Below are positions 15,071-27,700 of a stretch of DNA of 64,000 bases, piece after piece. Position 1 is the stretch's first letter, and each line of letters starts with the position of its first letter. Source of the stretch: Ptychomitrium polyphyllum (taxonomy: Eukaryota); contig OZ316775.1 of NCBI GenBank assembly GCA_973851085.1, forward strand, positions 13,950,001 to 14,014,000, given 5' to 3'. A program made the translations under genes and the position numbers. The notes beneath the pieces were generated by a model, which saw only the letters and a program-made list of their open reading frames with translations, had not been told where the DNA came from and made no database searches.

Positions 15071-15960
15071 AAAACCAACCTTTGTATGGAAGGTGGTTTT
15101 TTTTGACTAGGTTCTTGTCGAGCACATTCCTAAGAACAGATAGAACAGATGAAACAGGTGGAAACGGTAGGCACATATAACACATACACTTTCCACTGAA
15201 AAGTATACATATTACACTGTGCAATGTAAATAAGTACAAAAGTAAATAATGAATACACCAATCAATGATCAAGCCATGGAACCAGATCTCACCAGTTACT
15301 GAACCGATTCTCACTTGTTACAAATTCAAGTTTCACTAGTTACTGCTCCAATTATTACACGTTATTGAACCAAATTTCACTAGTTACTGGTCCAAGTTCC
15401 ACTAGTTACTGGCCCAAGTCTTAGTAGTTACCCATAACTCCATTGATATGTTTATTTGTATTCATGGGACTTGGAGCCAGGAGCCAATCTCAAGGACTGC
15501 CACTATGGTAACATGCAATGGCTTTGTATTTTCATATCAATAATTCCATTCCATAAAACTAATTTCAAAAACATTAAGAAAGAAGTGCACAAAATCAAAA
15601 TTTTATTTAATAAATTACTACTTATTTATTGAAGAATCAACTTCTAACAAACAAAATGACAAAACGCAAGAGGAATCTTCACAAAGTGCATAACTCACAC
15701 TTTGCAAAAACACCCAAGAAACCACCCTTGGCGCCGAGGGTGGTTTTCTAGACTAAGTTCTCGAGCACACTCTCAAGAACAGGTGCCCAGGTGGAACATG
15801 CAAAATAGATGGGCACATGAACCATGTACTCTTTTCACTTTATAGTGTGCACAGTGGACTACGAAACCATTATTAGTACAAAAATCAACAGAGATGAGGT
15901 AATGGAACCAAGTTGCACAAGTTAGTAGAGTAAGTCTATTAGTTACCAAACCAAGTTCCA
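15071..15960. repeat. Diverged direct duplication (~15071-15310 and ~15718-15960) with a ~22-bp cactagttactg minisatellite between (15290-15432)
   Basis: aaaccaacc..ggtggttttt..gactaggttc..cgagcaca..aagaacag matches aaaccaccc..ggtggttttctagactaagttctcgagcaca..aagaacag; repeated (c)actagttact(g) units. Confidence 0.7.
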
Positions 15961-18074
15961 TTATTCTATTATATTTCTACTAAAAAGTCAATCAAACATA
16001 TTTTGAGATTTATCACTAAGTAAACTTTAGCTTCATTGCTTATCATAGGGTTTTTATCAACATAATCAATATAAGTATTTTCAAAGCTACAAATATCTTT
16101 GAAGCTGCAAATAAATCTAATTTAATATTGTCTTATTAAATGGCATATGCCAATTTAATCTTGTTTGATGGCGATTTTAAATACGGACATTCATAAAATA
16201 TTCAAGGTTTTTGTAGTTTATATATATTGTGATGGTATGTTGATTCTTTCCAATAAATGTTGCCATTCCTCAAACACATCTACAATTCCAAGTAAATCCT
16301 TATCATATATACCATAGTCAATTTTTGTTGCTAAAAAATTCCTTGAATAATAAGCAATTGGATGGAATTTTTTGTCTTTGTCATATTATAAGAGTATTAA
16401 ATAAAGCGCAAAGTTTGAGGCATCTACTTCCATATAAAAAGCTTTTGATGGTTTTGCGTGAATAAAAATTGTAGCCAACATGAATGAGTGTATTTTACTC
16501 TAGGATATTGCTTATTTTCTTTTCATCCATATGGATTCTTTTCTTAGAGTTTTAGAAATGATGTAGCCCAATAATTCAACCAAGTATTCATGGAAAATAT
16601 ACTTCTCCAATTTAGCATATAATCCTTGTTAGCATAGTTTTTTTAATTACCATATCAATTGCACATATTATTTGTGATCTCATTCTTTTTTGAATATATT
16701 AAAACGTCATTAAAATAAATGACTACAATATCATTAAAATACTCATAGAAAATATCATTCATTGTGTACTGAAAGATTGCAGAAACATTAATAAGGTTAA
16801 AAAACATGACATTGTATGCAAAATGCCCATATTCAGATTGAAAAGTTGTCTCCCATTCATCTCTTTCTTTAATACGTATAAGGTTATAGATTCTTCTAAG
16901 ATTGATTTTTGTAAATGTTTTTACTTAACCAAATTGTTGTAGGAATCCTAAGATTAATGGATAATAATTCTTCTTGATTACTTTATTGAGGCTTTAATAG
17001 TCTAGGTACATACATAGTGATTTATTATTCTTCTTTATAAATAAGATGGATGCTTCAATATAGATTATAGATAGGTCCAAAAGGTGGTTGTATTCCTTTC
17101 TGTAATTTGATGGCACAATCATAAAATTGATACTGTGGTAATATGTTTGCATTCTTTATTTCAAAGAAAGCCTTGGTATTGATGGAATAAACCTTAATTA
17201 ACTTTTTGTATAGAGTTAGACATTGATATGATATAAATGGCATAGATTGATTTATATTTTATTACTTCTATAAATGCTTTAGCTCTAATAAATAATAATC
17301 AAAAATTCCTTATTCCTTTAGAGTTTTTTGCTTGACACCACATTTTGCAAGCGCCAATCAATGTCTGAATTATATAATTCAAATAAAAAAAGGCTCAAAA
17401 TGATAGGATTTTTGATGGCTGTTTTTTACTAGTGTCCAATTGTATGGTTCCTATTAAGATTGAAGATTCTTATTATACAACTTCACTATTGTGCTTTGAA
17501 AGCTTGAAGGCAAATCCTTTAATTTGGCAATCGCGTATTTTATACCCAAGCTTGCCACAATACAAACATAAGTTTTTTTTTTTAATGTCATTCCATCTCT
17601 TCTAAAGTCAAATCTCTAAATTGAGCAACATTAATTTGCATAGGTTCTAGTCTTAGTAGTCAACTTTTCAACACTTTTGATAGAATGGTTGTCATATTTT
17701 AATGTGCTAGTCATTATTTCAAGCGTTGTTTACGACACTTTTCAAATAATCTATTGTCACATGCTATTGCTTGAGCAATGAATTTGTTTAATATATCAAT
17801 CTTTAGCATTATGAGTAATAAATCTTTCACATTTTCTTTTAAAACTTATTAGAATCTTGTGACTAGGGCCTTATCATTTCAATCACGGTTATAAATTAGT
17901 TATCAAAACTTTTCAGCATACGTAGCAGCTAAGCATTATTTTTATTGTAGAGTTTGGATTCTTGTTTCAGTCACCTTCTCTTTGTCAGTGTCTCCAAATG
18001 TGATGTTAACACTTCAATAAAAGCATCTAAATTTTTCAACAATGATAATTATATTTTTATTAATGGTGCAAACT

Positions 18075-20377
18075 TATGGCGCACCTTTTTATGAACAGTG
18101 CTCGCAACATTAAGGACACAAGGGAGACCTCAAAGTAACGTCTGGGACTTGTGGTACCAATAGTGAAGTGACCCGAGTGGGCCTAGCGTGGAAAAGATCC
18201 CGAAGGGGAGAAACATTTTTGTCCATAAAGACTAAAAGCTACGAAGGAGTAATTATAGGCATTACATGCCTTACGTCAAATTGATTCTAGAATATAAGGA
18301 TCGTTCAAATCGGATAAAAAAGCTAAATGATATGAAATCCCAAAGTTGGGGCTGTCCAAGGGCTGTTCAAAACTGTGGCAATCTTGGACTGTGACTATAT
18401 TGAACTGGGACAGTGTATGGAAGAACTCCCTGGGAATTCCAAACTTTAAAAGAGGCTTATTTATCTATAACCTGATTTTAATTGGACGTGTGAAGAATCT
18501 ATTGGCATCTATGCAAAAAGTAAATGACGATAGAATAGTCGCTTGATAGATTTAAAGACCAAATGTGGAAGATATGGCTCCCTGAAGGTGCACTAGAAGT
18601 TTCAAATGCTTCTAGCAGCTAGATTCCAAGGAGAATCGAATGGCCTTCCAAAATATTGGATGTGTCATGATTCAGCGAGCTACAGAGAATCAAAGGACCT
18701 ACCAAATCTTATAGAGAGTACTATCGAAGAGGATTGGTCCGCCTCCCTATTCCTATAATATTCCGTTAAGAACCAAAGGTAAGTCTCGGTAAAAGGAGCT
18801 AGTATTGAGGCTTCACCATAGGGACTCCTATTCCATTGTAAGCTGGTGGGTGGCCGCTTCCACAAAAAGAACTAGTGAATTTTAAAGTGTACATAAATTG
18901 GGGTAGTATCTTTGTCGCAACTCTTGTAATGCACCTTAGCAAGCATCACGCGCGTTAACCCTGTACACCTGCACATGCACATAGTTAACCCCCATTTTCA
19001 CTTTCCTAGTCTTTCTACCATTTTTCTTAGGACACCCAATTGACTAGTAACCAATAATTAAGTGCGGACTTCCATTCATGTTCAAGGCCTCAATTGGTGT
19101 TACTCCCATTCGACACGGCCTAACCGCACTTAGTGGTGTCTCCTCACTACCACTCATGATCTCCATGTGATCCTAAGATCACCCCAAGCCATCATGATAC
19201 CGGCGTGAAGACACCACTTAAACTTAGTGGTAACAAGCGTACCCTTTTAAACGTGTTAGTTCCCTCCATGAAACCGGCCATTCACCGGCTTACAATGGTG
19301 TGGAAGTCCCCGTGGTAAAACTCCAACACTAGCTCCACCAACCAAAACTCAGCCTTGGTTTCTACCGGAACACTAGGGGAGTGGGGAGGAGACCAGCCCT
19401 CCCTTATAATACTCTCTGTGGAATTTGGCAGGCCCCCTGGCCCTTTGTAGCTGGTTGAACCTTGACACACCTAAAGTTTTGGAAGACCAACCGATTTCCC
19501 TTGGAACTTAGCCGCTGGAAGCCTCTGGGACTCCCAACGGACCTTCAGGAAGCCATATCTTCCTTGTCCGGTGCTCAAATGTATCAAGCAATTACTCTAT
19601 TGTCATTTACTCTTTGCGTAGATGTTGATAGACTCCTCAAACGTCCAATTTGAGTTAGTATTGTGGGAGATACACCTCTCCCAAGGTTTGGGACTCCCGG
19701 GGAGTCCCTCCCTGGACTGTTCCACTCCAGTACAGTCACTATGTAGGGCTGCCACAATCCAGAACAGCCCCTTGGCAACCCCAACTTTGGGATGCCATAA
19801 CTTTTAGCTTCCTTGTCCGATTTGAGCAATCTTTAGCATTTTATAATCAGTTCTTTGTGATTCCTCCATTGCCTACAATTTATCCTTTGTGGCCCTCGAT
19901 CTACATGGACAAGGATGTTTCTCCCCCTTAGGGATCTTTTCCACGCTAGGTCCACTCGGTTTTCTTTCATTATTGGTGCCACAAGTCTCGGGCGTCACTT
20001 TGGGGTCCCCCTTGTGCCTTTAGTGTTGCAGGCACTCCTCAAGGAGAGGTGTGCGATAAACTTTACGCTGGCACTATGATAATCTGAGATGATTTTGGGA
20101 TCACATGGGGATTATGAGTGGTGGCGAGGAGATATTATTAAGTGCGGTTAGGCCATATGGAATGGAAATAACACCAAGTAAGGCCTTGGACATGAATGAA
20201 AGTGCGCATTTAACCATTGACTACCAACTAAATGGATGTCTTAAGAGAATGATTATAAAGAATTAAAAATCAAGCCTGGAGCTTGGAGAGTGAAGATGGA
20301 ATTAATCATGTGTATGAAAGAGTGTACATGGTTGGCATGCGTGACATTTATTAAGGTACATTATAAAGATTGCAACA
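18075..20377 (+). mobile_element. Family C element copy 2 (older), split by copy 3; inserted in gag
   Basis: Similarity to 12111-13257 stops at 18912 and resumes at ~20064; degenerate TSD AAACT/AAACA; the host gag sequence continues on both sides. Confidence 0.85.
18913..20058 (-). mobile_element. Family C element copy 3, nested in copy 2 in the opposite orientation
   Basis: tgtcgcaa...gtgcgata termini; TSD ATCTT/AACTT; full-length reverse complement of copy 1. Confidence 0.9.
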
Positions 20378-23175
20378 AAACAACAATAGTACATTATTTA
20401 ATAGAAGAGTGGCTACAAACCAATCTTAACAATGTTGTCAAGATACCAAAATCAATACAAACATTTAAAAGAACTTTATTTGTTAGATATAGCCTCTAAA
20501 CTTTTATCTTGATCCATTAAATTTATTTAATATATATTAATCTTTGGCCCTTTGTGTTTTTGACGTAAGATTTCACTTCTAATATTGGCTACTTGTAAAT
20601 AAACAACTTCTTGATATAAATTCTAAATATCACCATTGGATTCTTCAACCTAATCAATGTGTTGCTTTAAATTATTGGTAGTACTAAAGCAAAGAAATTC
20701 AATCCAAATTAGTTTTATTAACTCTTGAAAGTTTGCAATACTTGCAAACTTGTTCTTTGATGTTCTTTGCACATTATCTATACTTTGACCAATAAAGTTT
20801 ATAAATGAAATGAAAAAAAAAAAAAAAAAAAAAAACAATAAAGAATTAGCTTGGAAGAAAATAATCTACAAACCTTTAAGGACCTTATTTACTTTCAAGA
20901 ATAAAATCTACATACTCAAGACTATTAAAGGTAAGAAAATCCACAATACTTTTGAAAGAAGGTAATTTCATCATTTGAAAGTTTAATTCTTCTCCAAAAG
21001 AAATAGTATTTATTTTTAGAAGCAAACACGATAATGAACGACGACGTCTGAGCAGACGTGTCATGGCTGCAATGTGGCCTCTTTCCAAACTTCGACACAT
21101 CACCAATTCTGAATATTCACCTTGTTGGAAATTATGTGATGGAGAGCTAGCTAGCTGATACCGCCACTGGATCCCGGTACGAGAGTGCAGGAAGATATAC
21201 CACAGCTGCATGCTGAAGTGGTCGAGTTTCTGACACTGTACCCCTGCAAGTGTACAAATGTTGTGCAGATGTAAAAGCCCGGATGCAAGTCGGTGCTACC
21301 GGCAAGATGCGATTAAAAATTGGACTTTGATTGATGAGAGTAGTACTGTCGAAGCTATATAACGTCATCATGTCATGACGTGGTGACGGACGGATTAGCC
21401 AATCGCGCCGTTACTTGCAAGAAATTGGCAGAGTATTTGGACTCAACGGGAAGCACATGATTTCATGCTAGGCTCGGAGGAAGCACACATACTGGTACCT
21501 GATGTCAAAATTGGCAGGCATTGTTCATATAGCTGCTTAATGTGAGGCTCGTCGGCCGGGTAAAACGTCCTGAAATTGCTGCATGGGAAAAGTAATTTGC
21601 TGACGACGGTATTTTGTCTCCTTTCAACAAATGAATTTGTGCTGTCCAGTTTCTAGACAGATCATCATCATCCCCATCATAATCAAATCTATGCCGAAGA
21701 GAACTACTTACGTACAACTGATGCTGCAGGGGGCGCTTCGAATTTTCAATTGTACGACTGATAGACAGATGACCCAGTTTCATGAGCTCCCTAACTTAAT
21801 GCCCTTCTACTGATGAAGGTAATTCATATGTTAACTCCCTCCCAAATGGCGGTGCTTGTAATTCCGATTGGAGCCCGGAGAATTCTGAAGCAGCACCATA
21901 GCAACAGCGATTTGTTGATGCCAATCGGTAACATCTTGGACCCAAAACGCTCAAAGCCGGGCACGAATCATGAGGGAACATGTGGGATATTTTGACCAAC
22001 TTTAGTCTACATCAGCTGGAAATGAGAATCATGACACCATGCATGCAGATGGTAAGCCAAGTTCCTGTCTGATGAGAAGTTTGATTCATGTTGAGAAAAT
22101 TGTAAATTCTGCAATATGCCAAAATGTCAGTAAAATGCATCGTCCCACTCATGAGTAAAGTTGGACAACAGACTTGTGAGTTACAAAAAACAGCAGTTTG
22201 TACAAGTTGATCCAAATCTATGTCCATGTTTGAACGTTAACAGTCTTACATTAGTTTGGGTGTCGTTGAGTTAGTTTAGGCCAAAAAAAGGACTGAAGAG
22301 AGTGTAAGACTTTACTAGTTAGTGGCATTGAAAAGACTGGTGGATTGACCTCTAATTGCAACTTAACCCTAATCCGACCTTGATGACAACAATTGTCTTT
22401 CCATGATTGGTACTTTACGTCGTATATACTACTCTGCTAAAATTTCGTTGACTGCTGTTATTGCATCTGGGTTTCACAATGCTGGTGACTGAAGTGCAGA
22501 TTCAGCTTTTCGGTTGTTTAGTAGATTATGGAGTTTGGACTGCGGAGGTTGTTAGAGTATGTGGTGGCCATGCTGGGACCCTGAGTGTGCACACATTTGG
22601 TAATTATTTAGTGGAGAAGTTGTGATGATGGAAAGGATGGAATTACGAACTCTCGCATTCCTCATTCTTGTGCGAATGGGCCAGACCATCGTCCTCAATG
22701 CGGTCACATAAATAAGCGAAACCCTGGCGAGGACCCTCCGTTTTTCCAAAGCGCGCAGCGAAGTGGAAACTTTACTTTGGAATTGCTAGGAAAAGTATTG
22801 CGCGAGTGGAGGTGAATGATGTTAGAAACCGTTGGATACCGGTACAGAGGTGAGTTTCCATTAGATAATCAATGTGATATTCATTCGATCAGGCTTCAGC
22901 TAATCTTCATTCTGCTCCTCATAAAGGCCCACCATACATTTTACTAATGATTCCATGGATAGTTAAAGCCCAGTTTCTAAGTGAAGCGCAGCCTCTCTTT
23001 GGATAAACAATCAACCCAGTTTAGGTTGACTGACCATCTTGGGTTTACATTTGTGCAACACATTGACCTCAAGCACCATCAAAATCTGAAAGTTGGCTTC
23101 TTGAATTGTGCAGATATTACTATCATGTCGTGGTGATTCTACGCTATACTTGCCAAAATCAAGTTTTAGGTTAAG

Positions 23176-26100
23176 ATGCCCTCAAGCGCGAAGGGAAAGT
23201 CAGTGGCTCGAAAGCAGAGTTTTCGGGGAGAATGCTCGACTTTAAAATCAGGGAAAGTGTGTTCAGATCATGACCACGACAGCTCAAGGACAACCGAGGA
23301 CGAGCATGAGCTGGAAGTGGATGAGATAGGTTTGTTGAAGCTTTCTCTGTGACGTTGATATTTTAATGACATTTTCAATTCAGTAATGCATGAAGAATGC
23401 GTTTGATTTTTCCGATCTTATGAATCTATCTCATCCTGTTGATTGGTATGCTATGATCTTACTTCTGTCGGCTATGTTCCGGTAATTATATCTTTGAACC
23501 ACGTGATGTTCTGTGTTTTCGTTTGTCGTTTTCGTCATTCAAGTCTCAGTTCACAGGCTCTTCATGTCCAAGTGGTATACCACGATGCATGATGTTATAA
23601 TTTGTGTGACAGTGCGACATTGGAATGGACAAGATCCATGGCAACCGAATGTGCCAGTTCGTCGACGTTTCATACTGCAGCTTGCTGTAGCCCTTCACTC
23701 CTACGGTAGCACAGCATCTCGAACAGAGTTTTTGATTGACAAAGCGGCTCATCGATTGGATATTGAAACCAACATTGCAGTGTTTCCCTCGTTGATTCTA
23801 CTATCCTTTCCTGGGACTGCAGAATACAAAATGAGCAGGAATCTTGCAGATCCAAGCAGCCGGAGGAAATCAAGAAAGAGTTCACACAAGAATAGCCATG
23901 TTAGCTATGTAAGCAGGTGCTGGACTAACTCCATCTTTAGTGTAAGTTTTCAATTGCTGTTATTGTATTCATCCCTAAATAAAATCACGGGTATACCAGG
24001 GAATCACTCGGCCCCATTACTTTCAACTTACTTAAGTTTGTAGGGCACCCTCCTAATTTTTTGTGATACTTATGGACGATCATACGCTCTAGTTTTTGAG
24101 ATTCTTGAATATTTTTCTGTCTTCCAAAGCATCAATTTATGGAGTGTCCTAAGTTGTTAACTATAATGAATGTGCGTCGCAGGAAAGAGATGCACATGTT
24201 GACAGTGGAAAGTAACCTGGATGTGGACAAGCTTGGGCATGTTGATGAGCTGACCAATCGGGTTGGCAGGAGCGGAACGTCTTTTGCATTTGCTTACTGG
24301 CGCCTTAAAACCATTTTAAATTCAGAACCTTTTTTCACTCAGCGGGTTCGTCTCTTTGGATTTGCGATATCTGGAGCTACATCTGCGCCTTTATTTTTTG
24401 ATGGTGAGATTGATAACCACCTGTGTACATAATTTGGTGTATCCTCTTGAATTGGAGATGAAAACTTTTGAAAGGTAGTTTTTCCAGAAAATTGTGTTAC
24501 TTGCCGTTCAGGGAGAATCTACGTGCTTTAAATATGATTAGTGAAACCTGTCCACGTTACTCAGTGACTTTGTTTTAAGCAGGAGTTCATAATGGAGATT
24601 TTTAAAACTATTGCCAAACGTTTGGTTGCAGGCGGTCTATGGGATGCATTTTTTTGCTTCATTTTAGGAACAACTGTGGGCATACTTGACATAATTGCAT
24701 CTGATAATGCAAGGTTTGCTACCATTTTGGAGTTTAGTTCTGCCGTTTTGATCTCCTTTCTTGCAAGGTGTTGCATGGTGCGCTTCAAACATCTTGGTCT
24801 GTGTTACGTCTCATTAACACTTGGATCGCTTGCCCAGCTACTTCCAGGTATCTATTCAGAATATCTCATATCACCACCTGCCGCTGTATACCTCTTTTTG
24901 GATCTTCATGTGATTGGTTCATACTTTGTGTACAAGTAATTTCCTCTGTTCACTGTGCACGCTTGGGTTGGAGATTAGGTATGTCACTCACATTAGGGGC
25001 AAGTGAGATGATTTCAAAGTCTCGTGTGACCGGATCGGCAGATATCGTCTGTGGCCTATATTCGTCTATGCAGCTAGGCTTCGGGCTTGCAATGGGAGAT
25101 AATTTAGTTTGGTGGGCTGGAGAGTCACCTCCATCGACTTGTGGCCCTTCAAGGCTTTCACTGTGGTGGAAACTCGTCTGGTACGTGCTTATTCTAGTGG
25201 TTTCCCTCCCAATTAGCAGGCTTAATACATTTTGAAAGTGTCAAGGTTAACTCTTGTCTGCTTGCTATAAACTTCTGAAGCCCAGTTGCAAGAATTATCT
25301 TGCCAGTTGCTTACATTTGTCTCACAAGCACCTAGATCTCTCAACATATTTTCATCGGTTTTTCACAAGTAATGGTTATGAAGTGCACCTTGAACATTTG
25401 AGTGCGTCTGTAGGTATCCAAACAGCAAACTCATACCATAGCCAACCACCTACATGTGGGAGACAGGTTCTTAGGATATGCGATTGGGTCCAATATTCTT
25501 ATGACGGCTCGATTTGAGCAGTGGCCAGGCATGACAATTACTGCATTTGCTGGATATTTGGTGTCTTCAATTACAGACCCTCGACTTTCTTCAACCACCT
25601 CTTCGGCTATTTCGGCCTTTGCTGTGGGCATCATAGGTCAGTTAATGTATGTTCATAAGGCAACTCTAAAGTTGTTTTTCAAGACTTCACAAAAACTGCT
25701 TACAACACCTTCAGTACATGAAAATGGTCTTACTTACTTTTGGGTTACATGACGCCTTAGAGTACATGATGTTTTTGTGAACTTCATAAAACTCGAAGCA
25801 GCTAGTGTTTTCAGTTTCTTTTTTCAAGTTTGTGTCTCCTAATATGTTTTTCATTCTCTTTCTGAGGCCTACCTGCTTGTTACTGCCTTGAATTTCCCAG
25901 GTAACACATATTCATATTTCACGGGGACACTGCCTCTGGCGATGATTTTATCAGGAATAAACCTTCTTGTTCCGGGAGGCATTGGAGTTCAAGGAGTCGC
26001 ATCCATGCTCATGAACAATGGCGCTAGCTCTGGCGTGGGATTTGTGTTTGAAATGATAATTGTTGCACTGTCTCTTACCATAGGTCTCCTTATTGCTAAA

Positions 26101-26271
26101 CTGGCTATGCCTGCAGCAATGCAAGTAAACCGGCCTATAAACTTCCGTAAGACGAACCTCCCGTCCCTCATGACAAATCTCCCTTCGCTCATGGTCGATG
26201 CAGAGCAGGTGGTTGTGCAAAGGTCGTCGTCGTCGTCGTCTGATTCCGACACTGAGGACATGGCCCTCTAA
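23176..26271 (+). CDS. ThrE/DUF1212 (threonine/serine exporter, Prm10-like) multi-pass membrane protein, ~7 exons (approx. 23176-23329, 23613-~23916, 24183-24404, 24632-24847, 24979-25181, 25466-25636, 25901-26271)
   Basis: RRRFILQLAVALHSYGSTASRTEFLI..FPSLILLSF matches the ThrE N-terminal pattern; QLLPG|MSLTLGASE and LLVPGGIGV are the two repeated L-x-PG helices; GT-AG junctions are in frame. The start exon and exon-2 donor are tentative. Confidence 0.82.
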
Positions 26272-26799
26272 ATGCCACTTAACAATGCAACAAACTTTCT
26301 TTCTTAAAATTTAAATTATAAAGAAACCTGCCGACAACTTTCCTAGTCCCTTCCATTCCTCAAAATTTACTCCGAGGAAAAAGAAAACGGAAAAGGACAT
26401 GCCTGTACATACTTAATTTTAATTACTGTGGATTTGCTTTTTATTTACAGAAGGCTCTAGCATGTTACTCAAGGTGAAAATGTCATCTTAAAATATTTGT
26501 ATTGATAGTATTCATGGTGGAGGACCTCTACTACGCTCAAGGTAAAATGTTTCACTTTGAGAAGCAAGCCAGAGCTCTGCGTATGTAGAAAGTAAACACA
26601 CACTACTTGGAAGTTTGTGTGAAGGAATTTCCTTCTGTTCTCCAGGCCAACTGGTCAGTCCAACAGGTTGGTTGGAGAACCTAGTTGACGCCAGCGATGG
26701 AGCAAAAGTGCCGCCATCTGCGCACGGTACACTGGAGTGTGAATCACGATATACAAGGTGGAGGAGGAACTACTCCAGCAGACATTCTTAGATGCTGGA

Positions 26800-27522
26800 G
26801 AATATGCGAAACGAATGTTTCAGGATATCCTTTGCTACCTTCCAAGCATCCTCAAACCTGCATTACGTGTAGCCAGTTCTGACCACGCCTTGTCGGCGCA
26901 GTCAACCTTATGATTGTTCAACTTGTGATGTCACTCAAACAGTTCCACTTCCAGGTCAGGCACCCAACTTTGGTATGTGGCTACCAACAACTTCGAAGGG
27001 TCTAGGTTGTCAGAGTTCCACGGCGAGTTTAGTATGGGAATCCACATTTGCGTAACTTCAATCGGAATTAGAATTACAAAGTACGAGAGATTTTCATAGT
27101 GCAGATTTCTGCTCATGCTTGATAGCCCTGGTTGATATTACGAACGATATCATAAACTATCCCAAACATCGCAATTCTTGAGTCGAACTTAAGCCTTCGA
27201 AATACTCCCCCTCAAAGTGCTTGCAAGATTTTCAAGCACACGGAGCTGTTTTTGCTTTACTTGCAGGGTTCTACTATTGGATAGGTAAAATAACTGGTCG
27301 TCAATATCCAGAGACTTTAGGTCAAATTCATTTTTGGATTACTAGTGTTCCTCCAGCTGGAGTCGCAGCAGTCGTAACCTGGCATCTCCCTTACTTGGCA
27401 GCAGCAGGGCAGCACAGGAGCTGAAACCTGTCAGAGAGTTTCATCCGACGTTCGGATGAGCGGAGCTTACCTCGTACATCCGGGGGAGAGGAGTCCAACG
27501 CAAAGATGCAGAAGGGATATCC
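26800..27522. promoter_or_regulatory. Three P1BS (GNATATNC, PHR1-binding) motifs at 26800-26807, 26823-26830 and 27515-27522
   Basis: GAATATGC, GGATATCC and GGATATCC lie within 900 bp upstream of the G3P permease ATG. Confidence 0.6.
27242..27343 (+). pseudogene. cox1: NUMT: 102-bp fragment of mitochondrial cox1
   Basis: Translates to [34 protein letters not shown], a conserved COX1 segment; AT-rich organellar codon usage; similarity ends abruptly on both sides. Confidence 0.92.
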
Positions 27523-27700
27523 TGCGCAGATTCTATCTAGTAAATTCAATCAAGTGCCAGAGAGCGCGTGGAGAGTGCAGTAAGCGAGTGTGCAAAAGAA
27601 ATGTGAGTAGCTTCTGCAGAGAGTGCTGCGTGCGGAGACGGCAAGCACAGAGGGCACAGGCAGTGTGAGGCAGAGAGGAGTTCGGTCGTGGCGTCGCAAG

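Larger units (their letters stand above)
16130..21020 (-). mobile_element. Decayed Ty3/gypsy internal region (leader, gag, PR, RT, RNase H), truncated and interrupted by family C elements
   Basis: Minus ORF 17055-17243 has YDCAIKLQKGIQPPFGPIYNL; collinear reverse-complement similarity to 58980-62100; many stops. Confidence 0.88.

Noticed and set aside
26637..26681. Small hairpin gttctcca..tggagaac between the two transporter genes
   Set aside because: A single short imperfect stem, compatible with chance; no supporting context.
27221..27424. Functional nuclear cox1 gene
   Set aside because: Only 34 codons match COX1; no ATG, targeting sequence or other cox1 parts nearby.
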